A stretch of DNA of 64,000 bases from contig JBHGNT010000013.1 in assembly GCA_043228905.1 (NCBI GenBank), forward strand, positions 10,912,001-10,976,000, read 5' to 3'. This DNA comes from Azolla caroliniana (taxonomy: Eukaryota > Plantae > Polypodiophyta). The position numbers and the translations under genes are program-made. Under the pieces are notes generated by a model that saw only the letters and a program-made list of their open reading frames with translations, was not told the DNA's origin and ran no database searches. Position 1 is the first letter of the stretch, and every line of letters starts with the position of its first letter. Of the stretch, positions 22,108 to 33,500 are shown piece by piece.

Positions 22108-25100
22108 GATCTGTGCAGCCCATTAGTGGTTCCATTCCCTCTAAGCAAGTTAGTGATGTGTTCGTAGCCCAAGTAGCAGTTAGTACTAAAAGTACCCCTC
22201 CAGTACATACCTTAGCCCTTCTAGATTCCGGAGCTAATTCTTGCTTCATGGATAGGAATTTTGCCCGAGCTCATCAGATATCTCTCAGAAAGCTCCCATG
22301 TCCAGCCTCAGTAGTAGTCATTGATGGTCGTCCCATTGCTTCTGGTAACATCATAGAAGAGTCGGAACCCATTAATATTGTCCTAGATAACTTAACATGT
22401 GTAGTATCATTTAATATTATTAGTATTCCAGAACATCCCATAGTTTTAGGATTACCATGGTTCGAGTTACATAACCCAGACATAGATTGGAGGACAAGGG
22501 AAATCCGGTTGCGACAAACCCAAGGATCTACCCAGAAGGTTGCAACCATTTCGCTACGTCAGTTGCGTGAGGAAGGGCGCAAGGAGGAAATGTTTCTCTT
22601 CGCAATATCAGTACAACCCTCCAGCACCACCAAAGAGGAGTCCACCGTTCAACTTCCCGAGAAGTATCATCAGTATGCTGATGTGTTCGATAAAGTACAA
22701 GCCAACACACTTCCTCATCATCGGCCGTACGATTGCGCCATCGACTTACAACCGGGAAAAGAGCCGCCATGGGGGCCGATCTACAATTTGTCACCAACCG
22801 AGCTAGAAGTCCTTCGAGCCTATATAGAGGAGAATTTGGAGAACGGTTTCATTCGGCATTCGAAATCTCCAGCCGGCGCACCCATTTTCTTCGTCAAGAA
22901 AAAAGATGGCTCGCTTCGACTCGTTGTAGATTACCGTGGCTTGAATAAGGTCACAGTAAGAAATAGGTATGCTCTTCCCCTTATCTCAAGTCTTTTAGAA
23001 CGGATCAACGGTGCCAGGTTCTTCACGAAGATCGACTTACGAGGAGCCTATAACCTCGTACGGATCCGACCAGGAGATGAATGGAAGACCGCGTTTCGCA
23101 CCAGATATGGGCACTTCGAGTATACGGTCATGCCGTTCGGACTCACTAATGCGCCGGCAGTCTTCCAGCACATGGCGAATGATATATTTCGAGATCTCTT
23201 GGATGATTTTTTGATCATCTATTTGGATGATCTACTGGTTTATTCAAAGACCCAAGAAGAACATGATTCTCATGTACTATTAGTACTAAAACGACTTCGA
23301 GAACATGGTCTGTATGCAAAATTAGAGAAATGTAGTTTCGGGTGCAACCAAGTGGAGTTTCTCGGCTATGTCATCTCCTCAGAAGGCATATCTATGGACC
23401 CAGCCAAGGTCAAAACGGTGATAGAATGGCACACTCCGCGTTCGGTGCGGGATGTGCAATGCTTCCTAGGCTTTGCAAATTTTTACCGGAAGTTCATACA
23501 AAATTACTCAAAAATTGTGCTGCCTCTCACACAGCTCACCAGGAAGGGACAATCATTCATCTGGTCTAAAGAGACGGACATGGCTTTCGAGAGTCTTAAG
23601 AAGGCGTTTACATCAGCTCCAATTTTAGGTCATGTGGATCCGGAAAAACCATTCATTATCGAAGCTGACGCATCGGATTTCGCATTGGGGAGCATTCTGT
23701 CACAACAAGGTAACGACGAGAAGCTACATCCTGTGGCTTTCCACTCCCGTAAGTTTGACGCCGCCGAAATCAACTACGAAATTCATGATAAAGAGCTATT
23801 AGCAATAGTTGATTCTTTTATGCAATGGAGGCATTTCCTGGAGGGATCTCCTCATCAGGTCACTGTATTCAGTGACCACAAGAACCTTGCCTACTTTCAA
23901 GATGCTCGTGTACTGAATCGACGTCAAGCTCGGTGGGCCCACTTCCTCACACGCTTCGACTTCAAAATTACATATCGTCCGGGGAAGCACCAAGGGAAGG
24001 CAGATGCATTATCACGGCGTTCGTATCTAACACCACGTCCCGGTGAGCCAGCTTTCGATAACCAGAAGCAAGTAATCTTGGGTCCAGCACGACTGCAAGC
24101 AGCACAGGTCTTTGACATGCCCGTGGATTCCGACATTACCAATACTATACGTGAGGACTTGAAGACTGACGCTTTCGCCCAAGCTATACTAGCACAAATT
24201 GACCCCTCTCGAGCGTCATGTTCACAATCACAATCACCAGGTACGGATTATCGGCAATTCAAATACTGTGATGGATTACTCTTCTTTAAAGAACTTTTGT
24301 ATGTTCCTAATGGTTCTTGCCGCCTTCGAGTAGTACAAAACTGCCATGACACATATACAGCAGGACATTTTGGTAGTACTAAAACATTAGATTTAGTACA
24401 ACGATCATTCTGGTGGCCCCGTATGCGACAATTTGTCGAAGATTTTGTTCGGACTTGCGATACATGCTGCAGAGCGAAAATGCCAAGACATCATCCATAT
24501 GGTTTATTAGAACCATTACCAATTCCAAGCAAACCATGGCAATCCATTGCTCTTGACTTCATTACAGATCTTCCAGTCTCTAAGGGATTCAGTGCGATTC
24601 TCACAGTGGTGGATCGATATACGAAGATGGCTCATTTCTTACCATGTACTAAAGAAATATCTAGTGAAGACACCGCCGAAATTGTCATGCGGGAAGTATG
24701 TCGGCATCATGGACTCCCTGATAATATCATCAGCGATCGTGGACCCCAGTTTGTGTCAAAATTCTGGAAGCACCTTTTTAAAATGCTGAAGGTCACTTGT
24801 AACCTCTCCTCCGGCTACCACCCACAAACCGACGGTCAAGCCGAACGAACAAATCAAACACTGGAGCAGTATCTGCGGTGCTTTCTCAACTATCATCAGA
24901 ATGACTGGGCAGATATTCTTCAGTTCGCCGAATTTGCCTATAATAACGCTATCCACGCATCGACTAAAGTCACGCCATTCTACGCTTATACAGGATATCA
25001 TCCCCGGTGGTGTGTCCTTGAAACCCCAGAAGTGTCCACAAATCCGTGCGCGGAGGATCGTTTGGAGCGGTTACGCAAGATACAAGCGGATTTATCTACT

Positions 25101-25655
25101 CAACTCCAGCAAGCTCAACAATCACACAAGGACTACGCAGATCGTCATCGACTTCCATCCAGTTTTAACATTGGAGATCGGGTGTGGCTGCTACGACGAC
25201 ACATCAAGACTACTCGCCCATGTGAGAAGTTGGATTATCGGCGATTAGGTCCTTTCCGTATTATCGGGAAGATTAATGATGTCGCTTTTCGTCTCGAGCT
25301 ACCTCCGCAACTTCGGATACATCCGGTATTTCATAGTTCTCTCCTCGAACCCTATCACGAGAGCACTATCCCAGGACGTACTATACAACCACCACCTCCT
25401 ATCGAGCTCGAAGATGGACCTGATGAGTATGAGGTCGCTGCCATCCTCGATTCCAAGATTGTTCGCAACAAGCTCTACTATCTAGTCGATTGGCTAGGAT
25501 ATAGTCCCAGCGAGCGTACTTGGGAACCGATCGAGAATGTGACCAATGCTCGTGCTCTTCTAGAAGACTTCCATCGACGATATCCCGAGAAACCGGGTCC
25601 TCAATCCAAAACGACTCGTGGAACTCGTCGTTTTAAAGGGGGGATAGTGTCATAA
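22062..25655 (+). CDS. pol: Pol of chromovirus (PR-RT-RH-INT-chromodomain), expressed by -1 frameshift
   Basis: ALLDSGA, YLDD, EADASD, HPQTDGQAER, GPF, chromodomain EYEVAAILDSK...YLVDWLGY...TWEP; no internal stops. Confidence 0.95.
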   Translation, partial: RLSPAKIGAVWLDSPRSVQPISGSIPSKQVSDVFVAQVAVSTKSTPPVHTLALLDSGANSCFMDRNFARAHQISLRKLPCPASVVVIDGRPIASGNIIEESEPINIVLDNLTCVVSFNIISIPEHPIVLGLPWFELHNPDIDWRTREIRLRQTQGSTQKVATISLRQLREEGRKEEMFLFAISVQPSSTTKEESTVQLPEKYHQYADVFDKVQANTLPHHRPYDCAIDLQPGKEPPWGPIYNLSPTELEVLRAYIEENLENGFIRHSKSPAGAPIFFVKKKDGSLRLVVDYRGLNKVTVRNRYALPLISSLLERINGARFFTKIDLRGAYNLVRIRPGDEWKTAFRTRYGHFEYTVMPFGLTNAPAVFQHMANDIFRDLLDDFLIIYLDDLLVYSKTQEEHDSHVLLVLKRLREHGLYAKLEKCSFGCNQVEFLGYVISSEGISMDPAKVKTVIEWHTPRSVRDVQCFLGFANFYRKFIQNYSKIVLPLTQLTRKGQSFIWSKETDMAFESLKKAFTSAPILGHVDPEKPFIIEADASDFALGSILSQQGNDEKLHPVAFHSRKFDAAEINYEIHDKELLAIVDSFMQWRHFLEGSPHQVTVFSDHKNLAYFQDARVLNRRQARWAHFLTRFDFKITYRPGKHQGKADALSRRSYLTPRPGEPAFDNQKQVILGPARLQAAQVFDMPVDSDITNTIREDLKTDAFAQAILAQIDPSRASCSQSQSPGTDYRQFKYCDGLLFFKELLYVPNGSCRLRVVQNCHDTYTAGHFGSTKTLDLVQRSFWWPRMRQFVEDFVRTCDTCCRAKMPRHHPYGLLEPLPIPSKPWQSIALDFITDLPVSKGFSAILTVVDRYTKMAHFLPCTKEISSEDTAEIVMREVCRHHGLPDNIISDRGPQFVSKFWKHLFKMLKVTCNLSSGYHPQTDGQAERTNQTLEQYLRCFLNYHQNDWADILQFAEFAYNNAIHASTKVTPFYAYTGYHPRWCVLETPEVSTNPCAEDRLERLRKIQADLSTQLQQAQQSHKDYADRHRLPSSFNIGDRVWLLRRHIKTTRPCEKLDYRRLGPFRIIGKINDVAFRLELPPQLRIHPVFHSSLLEPYHESTIPGRTIQPPPPIELEDGPDEYEVAAILDSKIVRNKLYYLVDWLGYSPSERTWEPIENVTNARALLEDFHRRYPEKPGPQSKTTRGTRRFKGGIVS

Positions 25656-25937
25656 CTAGACTCGAACCCATAACCTTTTGTTACACGGGTCGAGACTTTA
25701 CCATTAGGTTATGAATTGTAATTTGAAGGATATTATTTTCATTTAGGTTTTATTAGGAAATTGATGTATATTCCAGATTCCTCTGGAACATTCTAGAAAC
25801 TTCAGGAGTATTCCTGAAGACACTATAAAAGGAGGCGCAAGGCATTAGTTCGAACCAAATCGGTTCAACGCCAGTCTTAAGCCTTCTAACCACTGTTGTA
25901 TATCTTCCTTCATATAATACATATATCTTTCGCATCA

Positions 25938-26003
<66 letters not shown>

Positions 26004-26136
26004 ACTCATTCCTTCTCTCAAAGTTCGACACCTCTCATAGTACTAATCCTTCTCTGTCTTAGTACTATTCCCCGACAATAGTACTAATCCTTCTTTTAGT
26101 ACTAATTCCTTCTCTGCCTTAATAGAGTTCCTGACA
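25648..26136 (+). repeat. 3' LTR of young chromovirus
   Basis: Direct repeat of 20332-20798, preceded by PPT. Confidence 0.97.
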
Positions 26137-26686
26137 TCGGGGAGAGTTGCGCCGATCATTACGGAAATTTCTCTGATCGTAACGGTCATCCCGATCCTCT
26201 TCATTCCGATCATAATCGTTGTTTGCCCGATACTAGTCATCGTGATAGCGATCACGGCGGTCGTCCGATCTCCGTCGATTGTCATTTCGGTAACGGTCGT
26301 CGTCTCGACGGTAATCGTCGTTACGGCGTCGTCTATCCGGCAATCGCGGTCGTTGGTTATCCTGGTTCCAGTAGGATTGGCGCTCGTCCTGACGAGAGTA
26401 TGTATCCCGAGGCTCGATCTGGCGAACTGGAGCCGTCGTTGTGCGGTTGAGCATATTGTATTCGCAATGTTCGACAGTGTGGGATCGGGACTGGCAAATC
26501 GGACACTGTGGTCGGTGAGGACATTCGAGGGCCAGAGGGCCCGATCCCGAGAAAACAGTGCATTGGAAGTGCCTTTGACTGGCTCAGGGCATCGGCCAGA
26601 TGGCCGAGACCGCTTGGTGTGATTGGGTGCCGTAATGGCGGCTGAAGGTTGTCTTCAACATAGTTCGCTGTGATCTCACAGCTGTA

Positions 26687-26699
26687 ACCAGGCGTGCCA
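26687..26699 (-). promoter_or_regulatory. tRNA-Arg-like PBS of Gypsy-B, probably truncated by a gag deletion
   Basis: Minus strand reads LTR-CA, TAATT, then TGGCACGCCTGGT; mid-gag sequence follows directly. Confidence 0.7.
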
Positions 26700-26704
26700 A
26701 ATTA

Positions 26705-27193
26705 TGTTAACCGTTCTGCCGGAAACACCTTCAATACGCCTACAAGCTATCGGTATCAAGGGAAGTGTAATCGTGAAGACTTGTGCACGGAGGTGTCATT
26801 AGAGGAAGAACACGGAGAGCATACCCGGAATAGAGCCCGGGTTGTATACGTAGTTGAGACCTTAGAAATGACGACACACAGATGAAAACAACAAGAGCTA
26901 ATAGATATGTATTACTGCAATAGTTAGCAATGATTACAAAAACACGGCCCACAGTCGGTAGCCTTACAAAGCTATTATAACTATGAAATGACCTCACCTA
27001 GGCTCTGGATATCTCTCCCTTGCCGAGGTACGCAGACCTTGGTATATATACTTCTTTTCCTTCATACAGCGTCGAGCGGTCAGCTGACTGTGACGCTCGA
27101 AACTCGACGTTTTACCTAACTCTCCCTTACCTACTCGCCTTACTTCCAGCGTATTACATTTAACTAATTTCTATTTTTGGCCTATGGACAACA
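26705..27193 (-). repeat. 5' LTR of Gypsy-B
   Basis: Direct repeat of 12547-13035; TSD ATGGG adjacent. Confidence 0.95.
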
Positions 27194-28193
27194 ATGGGCC
27201 ACTTCCCCCTTTTGTAGAAGTCCATGGACATCAAGTTGATCTCTGAGTCGTGGTCTATCAATGCCACCACCGGCTCCTGGACGTCGCTGATCCGAATAGG
27301 GGTCTCTGTCGTGGCCCTGGCACAGTGTAACTTCGAATAATGGCTCTCCGCCAACTCGTCCTCTAGGGCCGTGTCTTCCAGGCACGTCATCCGCACCTCT
27401 ATGGGCTTCTCCGGTTCTGGCTTCGTCGAGAGCCGTTTCCGCTTCACCAAGTCCACGATAGAATCGTGGAACTCCTTCTTTGCGATCCCAAGCACTTCCC
27501 GTAGTGACAACTCAACCTTGTTGTCGAGAATCCGCTCCTCTAGGACCTTCCGTAGGTCCGTGGTTCTGTCAATCTCAGTGATCAGTTGGTAGCCGCTTGG
27601 CTTGGGTTTGTCCAGCACGTTGGGATTGCCGGCATCATTCTTTGGGCCGAACCGGGTCTCGTATGGTTGTGAGGGTCCAGCCCCTCCGGCCTTTCCCACA
27701 CGTTTGTCTTCTACTAGAACCTCGTAGTTCTGGCACACGGCTTCCATGAAGCCGGTCTTTTCTTCGACCGGATCGCTCCACCTGGTGACCTCCCGGGCCC
27801 GTCTTTCCACATGGTCTGCTTCCTCCCTTCTCAACCGCACGTCGGTGAGGCCTTCTAGCACCACTAGCCAGAACCAAGAGTCTTTCGTCTTCCAGCCTTT
27901 GTCACTCCCGACCCGGATTCCTACCGACGCTGAGTAGTGGATGGTCTCCACGTGGCGCGACACCGCTTCTTCCATCAGCCTCTTCATTCTTCCCCGTATG
28001 ATATTCAGTTCCAGGGCTCTCCAAGTCTCGCTAACCTGCACCCTCCCGTTCCATAGGTACACCACATTAGCCCTTATTGCTTTTGTGAAGTCCACGTAGT
28101 CCTTCCGGACGTGACAGACCGCGTCACACCACAAGCACCGATGCCCACCCAGAGGCCTTCGATCGCGAGGCTGCTCGCAGTCGTCCCTCCTCA

Positions 28194-29089
28194 TGACGAG
28201 AACTGCACGCTCCCTATACGCAAGGCTCGTCCACAACCGAGCTTAGAATCATACACAGAAAAACGGGAAATAAATGTACGACATGAAGAATACATGGAAA
28301 ACCCAAACTAAGGGAAAAACCACGGCAGCCCACAAGCTGCAAACTATCACTATGTTCGAATATACAACAATGAGTTCACGAGAGGCAACGACCTCGTGCT
28401 CACAATCTTCGCCACAGGCGGCGGTTACAACTGAGGCAACGACCTCTTCCTCTCTCTCACTCTCTCTGTACACAGTTACGCGCTCTGATCTAACGCAGAC
28501 AAGAAAATAACTACAACTACTAAAAGTTTGCCCTAAGTCATATTTATACTAATATGACTTTTCGGCTATTTACAAATGTAGCCATGATGGACTCTCAGAA
28601 ACATATTTACGAATATGTCTCTTCCTCCGGTGAGCACTCCTCACCGGGTCTGCACCATCCGGCTCTCCGTAGCCGGGTACTCCTCATCCGGTTCTCACCG
28701 GGTCTGCATCATCCGGCTCTCCGTAGCCGGGTACTCCTCATCCGGTTCTCACCGGGTCTGCACCATCCGGCTCTTCGTAGCCAGGTACTCCTCATCCGGT
28801 TCTCACTGGGTCTACATCATCCGGCTCTCCGTAGCCAGGTACTCCTCATCCGGTTCTCACCGGGTCTACACCATCCGGCTCTCCGTAGCCGGGTACTCCT
28901 CATCCGGTTCTCACCGGGTCTACACCATCCGGCTCTCCATAGCTGGGTACTCCTCATCCGGTTCTCACCGGGTCTGCACCATCCGGCTCTCCGTAGCCAG
29001 GTACTCATCATACGGTTTCGGCCTCGGCCGAGTTTGTTCATCAGCACTGTTCTTCTCCCTTCCCATCCGGAGGGACCTGTCTCCCAACA
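28194..29089 (-). mobile_element. Solo LTR inserted in Gypsy-A gag (same family as 16347-17005)
   Basis: TGACGAG...CCCAACA; flanks CCTCA/CATCG fit a decayed CCTCG TSD; the host frame rejoins as IAQA|RRD. Confidence 0.88.
28641..29018. repeat. Seven tandem copies of a 54-bp unit inside solo LTR
   Basis: Unit TCACCGGGTCTGCACCATCCGGCTCTCCGTAGCCGGGTACTCCTCATCCGGTTC; seen as a 7x 18-aa periodicity in the ORF track. Confidence 0.95.
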
Positions 29090-29929
29090 CATCGCTTGTG
29101 CAATCTAGAGGTCTCATACCATCTGCGTCAATTCTTCCAGAGCCACTCCCCCGAACGGGCCCTTGACCACACTGGACGAGCCTGTCTCAAGCCAATCTCG
29201 GGTTTCCTCCTTGCGCATCAGCGGGGGTTCCTCGAGGTTTCTTGCCGCGACCGCTCCTGTCCCCGATGAGCCCTTGTCGACCCACTCACGCCGTTTGTCG
29301 AAACGGCCGCAAATCCCTTTTACCACGGCCCAGTCAGCTGTCAGCTCATCGTCCGTCTCCAACAGGAGACCCACTTGCTCCCAATCCTACACGTCCACAA
29401 CTTTGACAAATAAACGGACATGGCTCATGTCCAGTACGATCATGTCCAGTGCCGAGAGGCGTGCGAAGCGTTCCTCAAACTCCCGGAGGAGCGCCGACAC
29501 ATTCCTTCCCTTTCCTATGGTTTCCACCCAATCCATAATGTCCCGCTTCGATAACCGAAGCGTGTCATCAAGCCCGTACCGTTCGAGGAGCCGCGCTTCA
29601 AATTCCCCCCAGGTCCGGCATCCAGCCTGCACCTCGAGCACCTTTGCGTGGATGCCCGGTGTCACTACCCGAGGGAACCCAGCCAGACGCCTCTCCTCCA
29701 AGATGTCCCTCATCACCATTTCGGCCCGTTAGGCCACCAAATAACTCACAACGTCCTTCCCATCGAACCGGCCTATTGTGCCGACAATTTCTTCAATGGC
29801 CCTGTTGAGGGCGCTCGTGCCCTCACGAGCACTTACTATCTGATCGACTATTGCCACCATGGCTTCGGCGAGCTCTGATCCCTCATTTTCAATTCCTCTG
29901 CCGCCTTGATTCACGTTGGGCTCACCAAA

Positions 29930-30565
29930 TGTTGTCGTGTTATTCTGCACACGCAGGAGAAACCAAGGCGGGACCACGGGGGCCCTAAACCAGGGAATAG
30001 CCAAACAGAAGGAGGAGCAATATGAAACCACGGCCAAGCCGTGCACACAGATACATAGAGAACTCACAAACAAGGTCGAACAACGAATAAGGCAAATGTA
30101 TATATGTATATATGACCAAAATTACAGTCGGCTAGCCGGTAAGTGCCAACTCGTTGACACTAACTCACACAACGCACGCGACAACAAGAGATGGAGCCTC
30201 TGTCGGAAGTGCTCGGGCTTTCCATGACAACAGAGGCAGCCTCTCAACCTGCAGAGAATGATTAAAGACAGAGGAGAAGAGCTCAGGTTTAGTTCGACAG
30301 CACTTAGTCCTCGAAAACGCGCGATCCCCACTCAACCCCTTTTCCTCTCCTTTTATAGCACAAGGAGAGAGAGTCGTTACAGACTTGTTACATCACTTTT
30401 ATTCTCTATCCTTTCGGACAGAGATCCTCTTCGATTCCCTACCTAATGAATTCGTGCTACCTAGGATAATTACATCGCCGACCTGAACTTAACTATGTAA
30501 ATATATCAAAACCTGTGCCCGTGTGTAAGGGCCAATTCACGCACACTATCGACCAATTCCTCCTA
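29930..30565 (-). repeat. 5' LTR of Gypsy-A
   Basis: Minus strand ends ...GACAACA followed by TT and the PBS-like TGGTGAGCCCAACGTG. The far end is set where Copia-2 gag homology (GASTSAS) resumes; approximate. Confidence 0.75.
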
Positions 30566-33500
30566 GGGCGCATCAACAAGTGCATCCACCGATAGTCGAA
30601 TGTTGTACACAGAGGCGAATCGGCTCTCAATGGTAGCGGACGGCAAGAGCAGGACCGAAGGCACAAAGAACGTGCCGAAGGCAGTTCCGGACCCTCCACA
30701 AGTAGGGGGAGTCAAGGCGGCGCCAGAGGCCGGCAAGCAAAGGCCGACACAGAATGTTGGTACTATGGTAAAAAGGGTCATAGAGAAAGCGATTGTTGGA
30801 AGAAGCGCACTGATTCGGACAGATCCAGATCCGGCAAGGCCGGCAGAGAGAATTGGCAATACTCGCACTACGCAGAAGGATCGGGAGGATCCAAAACCGG
30901 AAAAGCCGGTACGGGGCCAACCTTGATGATGAAACGTGAGGCTAACTCGATGAAGAAGACCACTGTCAAATCGGAGGAAGTGTGGTACGTTGATTCCGGT
31001 GCGTCGAATCACATGACGAGCCACAAAGAGTGGTTCTCTTTCTTGGAGAAACCGGAACAACCGGGAGTCGTCAAAACCGGAAACGACCCTCCTCACCCAA
31101 TTGTGCATGTCGGAGAAGTCCCTTTGAGCCACGTCGAATAGAGGGCGAAGTTGATGAACGTATTACACGTTACGACTATCACGAAGAACCTGGTGTCAGT
31201 CGGTCAGATCGACCGAACGAAACCATAGCCTTAACAAGCTCAACCTTATTCATTCGGATGTATGGGGACCGGCACAGAACGCTAGTCTTGGCGGGAGTCG
31301 ATACTTCGTCTCCTTCATTGACGACTACAGTCGGCACACATGGATCTACCTCATTAAGCGGAAGAGAGAAGTCTTCGAGTGTTTCCGGAACCTACAAAGT
31401 CTGGTTGAACGGGAAATGGAGAGGAAGATCAAATGCCTGCGGTCGGATGGTGGAAAAGAATATTTTTCTAGCCAATTCAACAGTTATCTACAGCAAAAAG
31501 GAATTCAGAGAGAGTTCAGCTACAGATACACACCGGAGCAAACCAATGTGGCCAAGAGGAAGAATTGGTTGATTGTCGACGCGGCAAGGGCAATGCTGGA
31601 GGAGAAGAGCATGCCCCATTTCTACTGGGTTGAGGCGGTCCGGACGGCCGTCTATATCCAAAACCGGATCAGTGACAAGGTGTTCACGCATGAGTTGTAT
31701 TTCGGGCACAAGCCGAATTTGAGAGACCTTCGGATATTCCGTAGCATTGCATATGTGCATGTGTTGGATGAGAAGCGGACGAAGTTGGATGCAAAGTCGG
31801 AGAAATGCATCCTGGTTGATTACTTGCATGAGCAAAAGGGGTATAAGTGTTATAACCCCTGGACGAAGCAGGTTTGAGTTAGCCGGGATGTTGAGTTTGA
31901 TGAGACAGCATCATGGTATGCCTTACCGGCTCCGACATCCGACCCCGACCCGATACCAGAGGATGAGGCTAGTGAGCCTAAACCGGTCCAGTTAGAAGAC
32001 GAAGGGTTCGAGACTCTAGATGTGAGTCCGGAATCGCTTCGGTTGAGTGGACCGAATGAGCGGCTGAGTTAGGATGACCAGTCAGATGAGGAACCGGTGA
32101 GTAGTGGAGACTCTGTTGTGTTGTCCCCGCGCAAGGAACCGAGGAGGCGGTTCACGCGCAAAGAGAAAGGGAAGAAGAAGATGTTGCTGGAATACGAAAC
32201 CGGCAACGTTGAGTCGGATCGAAGCGATCCGACTCCGGAAAGGTTGAAGGCAGATCTTCGGGAACGAAGTCCGAACTGGCCAAGAAGGGCCTCAAACCGG
32301 GTAACGATAGGCTATGCCAGTCTTCCCGCCAGAAGAACCCCGTGAAGCGGTACGGATACAATGAGTACATGGCGCATCATTATGCGTACAGGATCAAAGT
32401 GGCGGAAGTGCGTGATCCGAAGAGCTACGCAGAAGCGACAAAGGACGCAAATTGGCGTGCCGCTATGGAGGAAGAAATGCGGGCACTTGATGCCAACGAC
32501 ACATGGGACCTAGTTGACCCTCCCCGACACTGTAAACTGATCGGATGTAAATGGGTGTACAAGGTAAAGTACAATGCTGACGGTTTGATTAACTGGTACA
32601 AGGCCCAGTTAGTGGCGAAGGGATACGCACAGACCCACGGAATCGACTACGATGAGACCTTTGCTTCGGTAGCAAAGATAACGACGGTTCGTGTGGTGCT
32701 AGCGGTTGTTGCGGCAAGGGGGTGGCATCTTCACCAGATGGACGTGAAGAATGCATTTCCTCAAGGCGATCTTAAAGAAGAAGTCTTTATGACCCAACCC
32801 CCCAGTTTCCAGTCAGAGATGAACAAGTCGGTTGTATGCCGGCTGAAGAAGTCACTTTATGGCCTGAAGCAAGCCCCCTGAGCTTGGAATGCGAAGATCA
32901 CGCACTGGTTGCGTAAGATGGGGTTTGCGGCCTCCAAGTCCGACTCTTCGTTGTTCATCCGGCAAGGTCCGGACGGTCCGGTTTGCATCTTGATGTATGT
33001 TGATGATCTAGTCATCACCGGACCCGGACTCGATGAAATCAGCCGAGTCAAGTCCCAGTTGTCAGACGCATTTGAGATGGAGGACTTGGGGGACCTTCAC
33101 AGCTCGCTAAGAACCCCGTATTCCATGCTCGCACAAAGCACATTGAAGTGCACTACCACTTCGTGCGTGAGCATGTCCTGAGCAGTGAAGTCGAACTTCG
33201 GTATGTTCATACGGATCGGCAAGTTGCCGACATCTTCACCAAACCGCTCGGATCGGAAAAGTTGCAGCACTTCACCGAAATGCTTGGTGTTCAGCATCTC
33301 GACATGCCAAACTTGAGGGGAAGAACGGGCAAAGACATCGGAATGGGCAAAGGCAAAGAAACTGCCGATTGCGTCGGTGAGGGACGAACCGACAAAGGGA
33401 GAGACAAGAAGGAAGGAGCCGAGTCGACAAAGGAAGTTGACACATCCGAACAAGTCGGAACAAGTGGCAGCGGCGGCAGAGTCAAGAAGGACAAAGCCGA

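Larger units (their letters stand above)
20332..26136 (+). mobile_element. Intact, very young chromovirus (Tcn1-like Ty3/gypsy)
   Basis: LTRs 20332-20798 and 25648-26136 differ by one visible substitution plus CT-repeat length. Perfect TSD TCGGG (20327-20331, 26137-26141). Uninterrupted gag and pol with chromodomain; PPT AAAGGGGGGATAG 25635-25647. Confidence 0.97.
12547..27193 (-). mobile_element. Gypsy-B: non-chromovirus Ty3/gypsy element (Athila-like domain order, extra 3' ORF), both LTRs present
   Basis: 489-bp TG...CA LTRs 12547-13035 and 26705-27193; perfect TSD ATGGG (12542-12546, 27194-27198); minus-strand partial gag, PR, RT (QVFLDD), RH, INT (YYPQANGLAESTNK), then the extra ORF. Confidence 0.95.
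9406..30565 (-). mobile_element. Gypsy-A: degraded Ty3/gypsy element fragmented by four insertions; 3' part outside window
   Basis: Minus-strand pieces: 5' LTR 29930-30565; PBS-like TGGTGAGCCCAACGTG 29927-29912; gag 29090-29870 and 27199-28193; protease (ALIDHDSEINLM) split at 27194/12546; linker 11726-12546; RT/RNase H 9406-10434 (MCTLPQG, PFLDDIPIKG, TVDTSPTG). Confidence 0.88.

Noticed and set aside
28641-29018. Regular repeat array resembling CRISPR, or a repeat protein (SPGLHHPALRS...)
   Set aside because: Units are head-to-tail with no unique spacers, lie inside a eukaryotic solo LTR, and no cas genes are present. The ORFs arise because the unit is 54 bp and stop-free.
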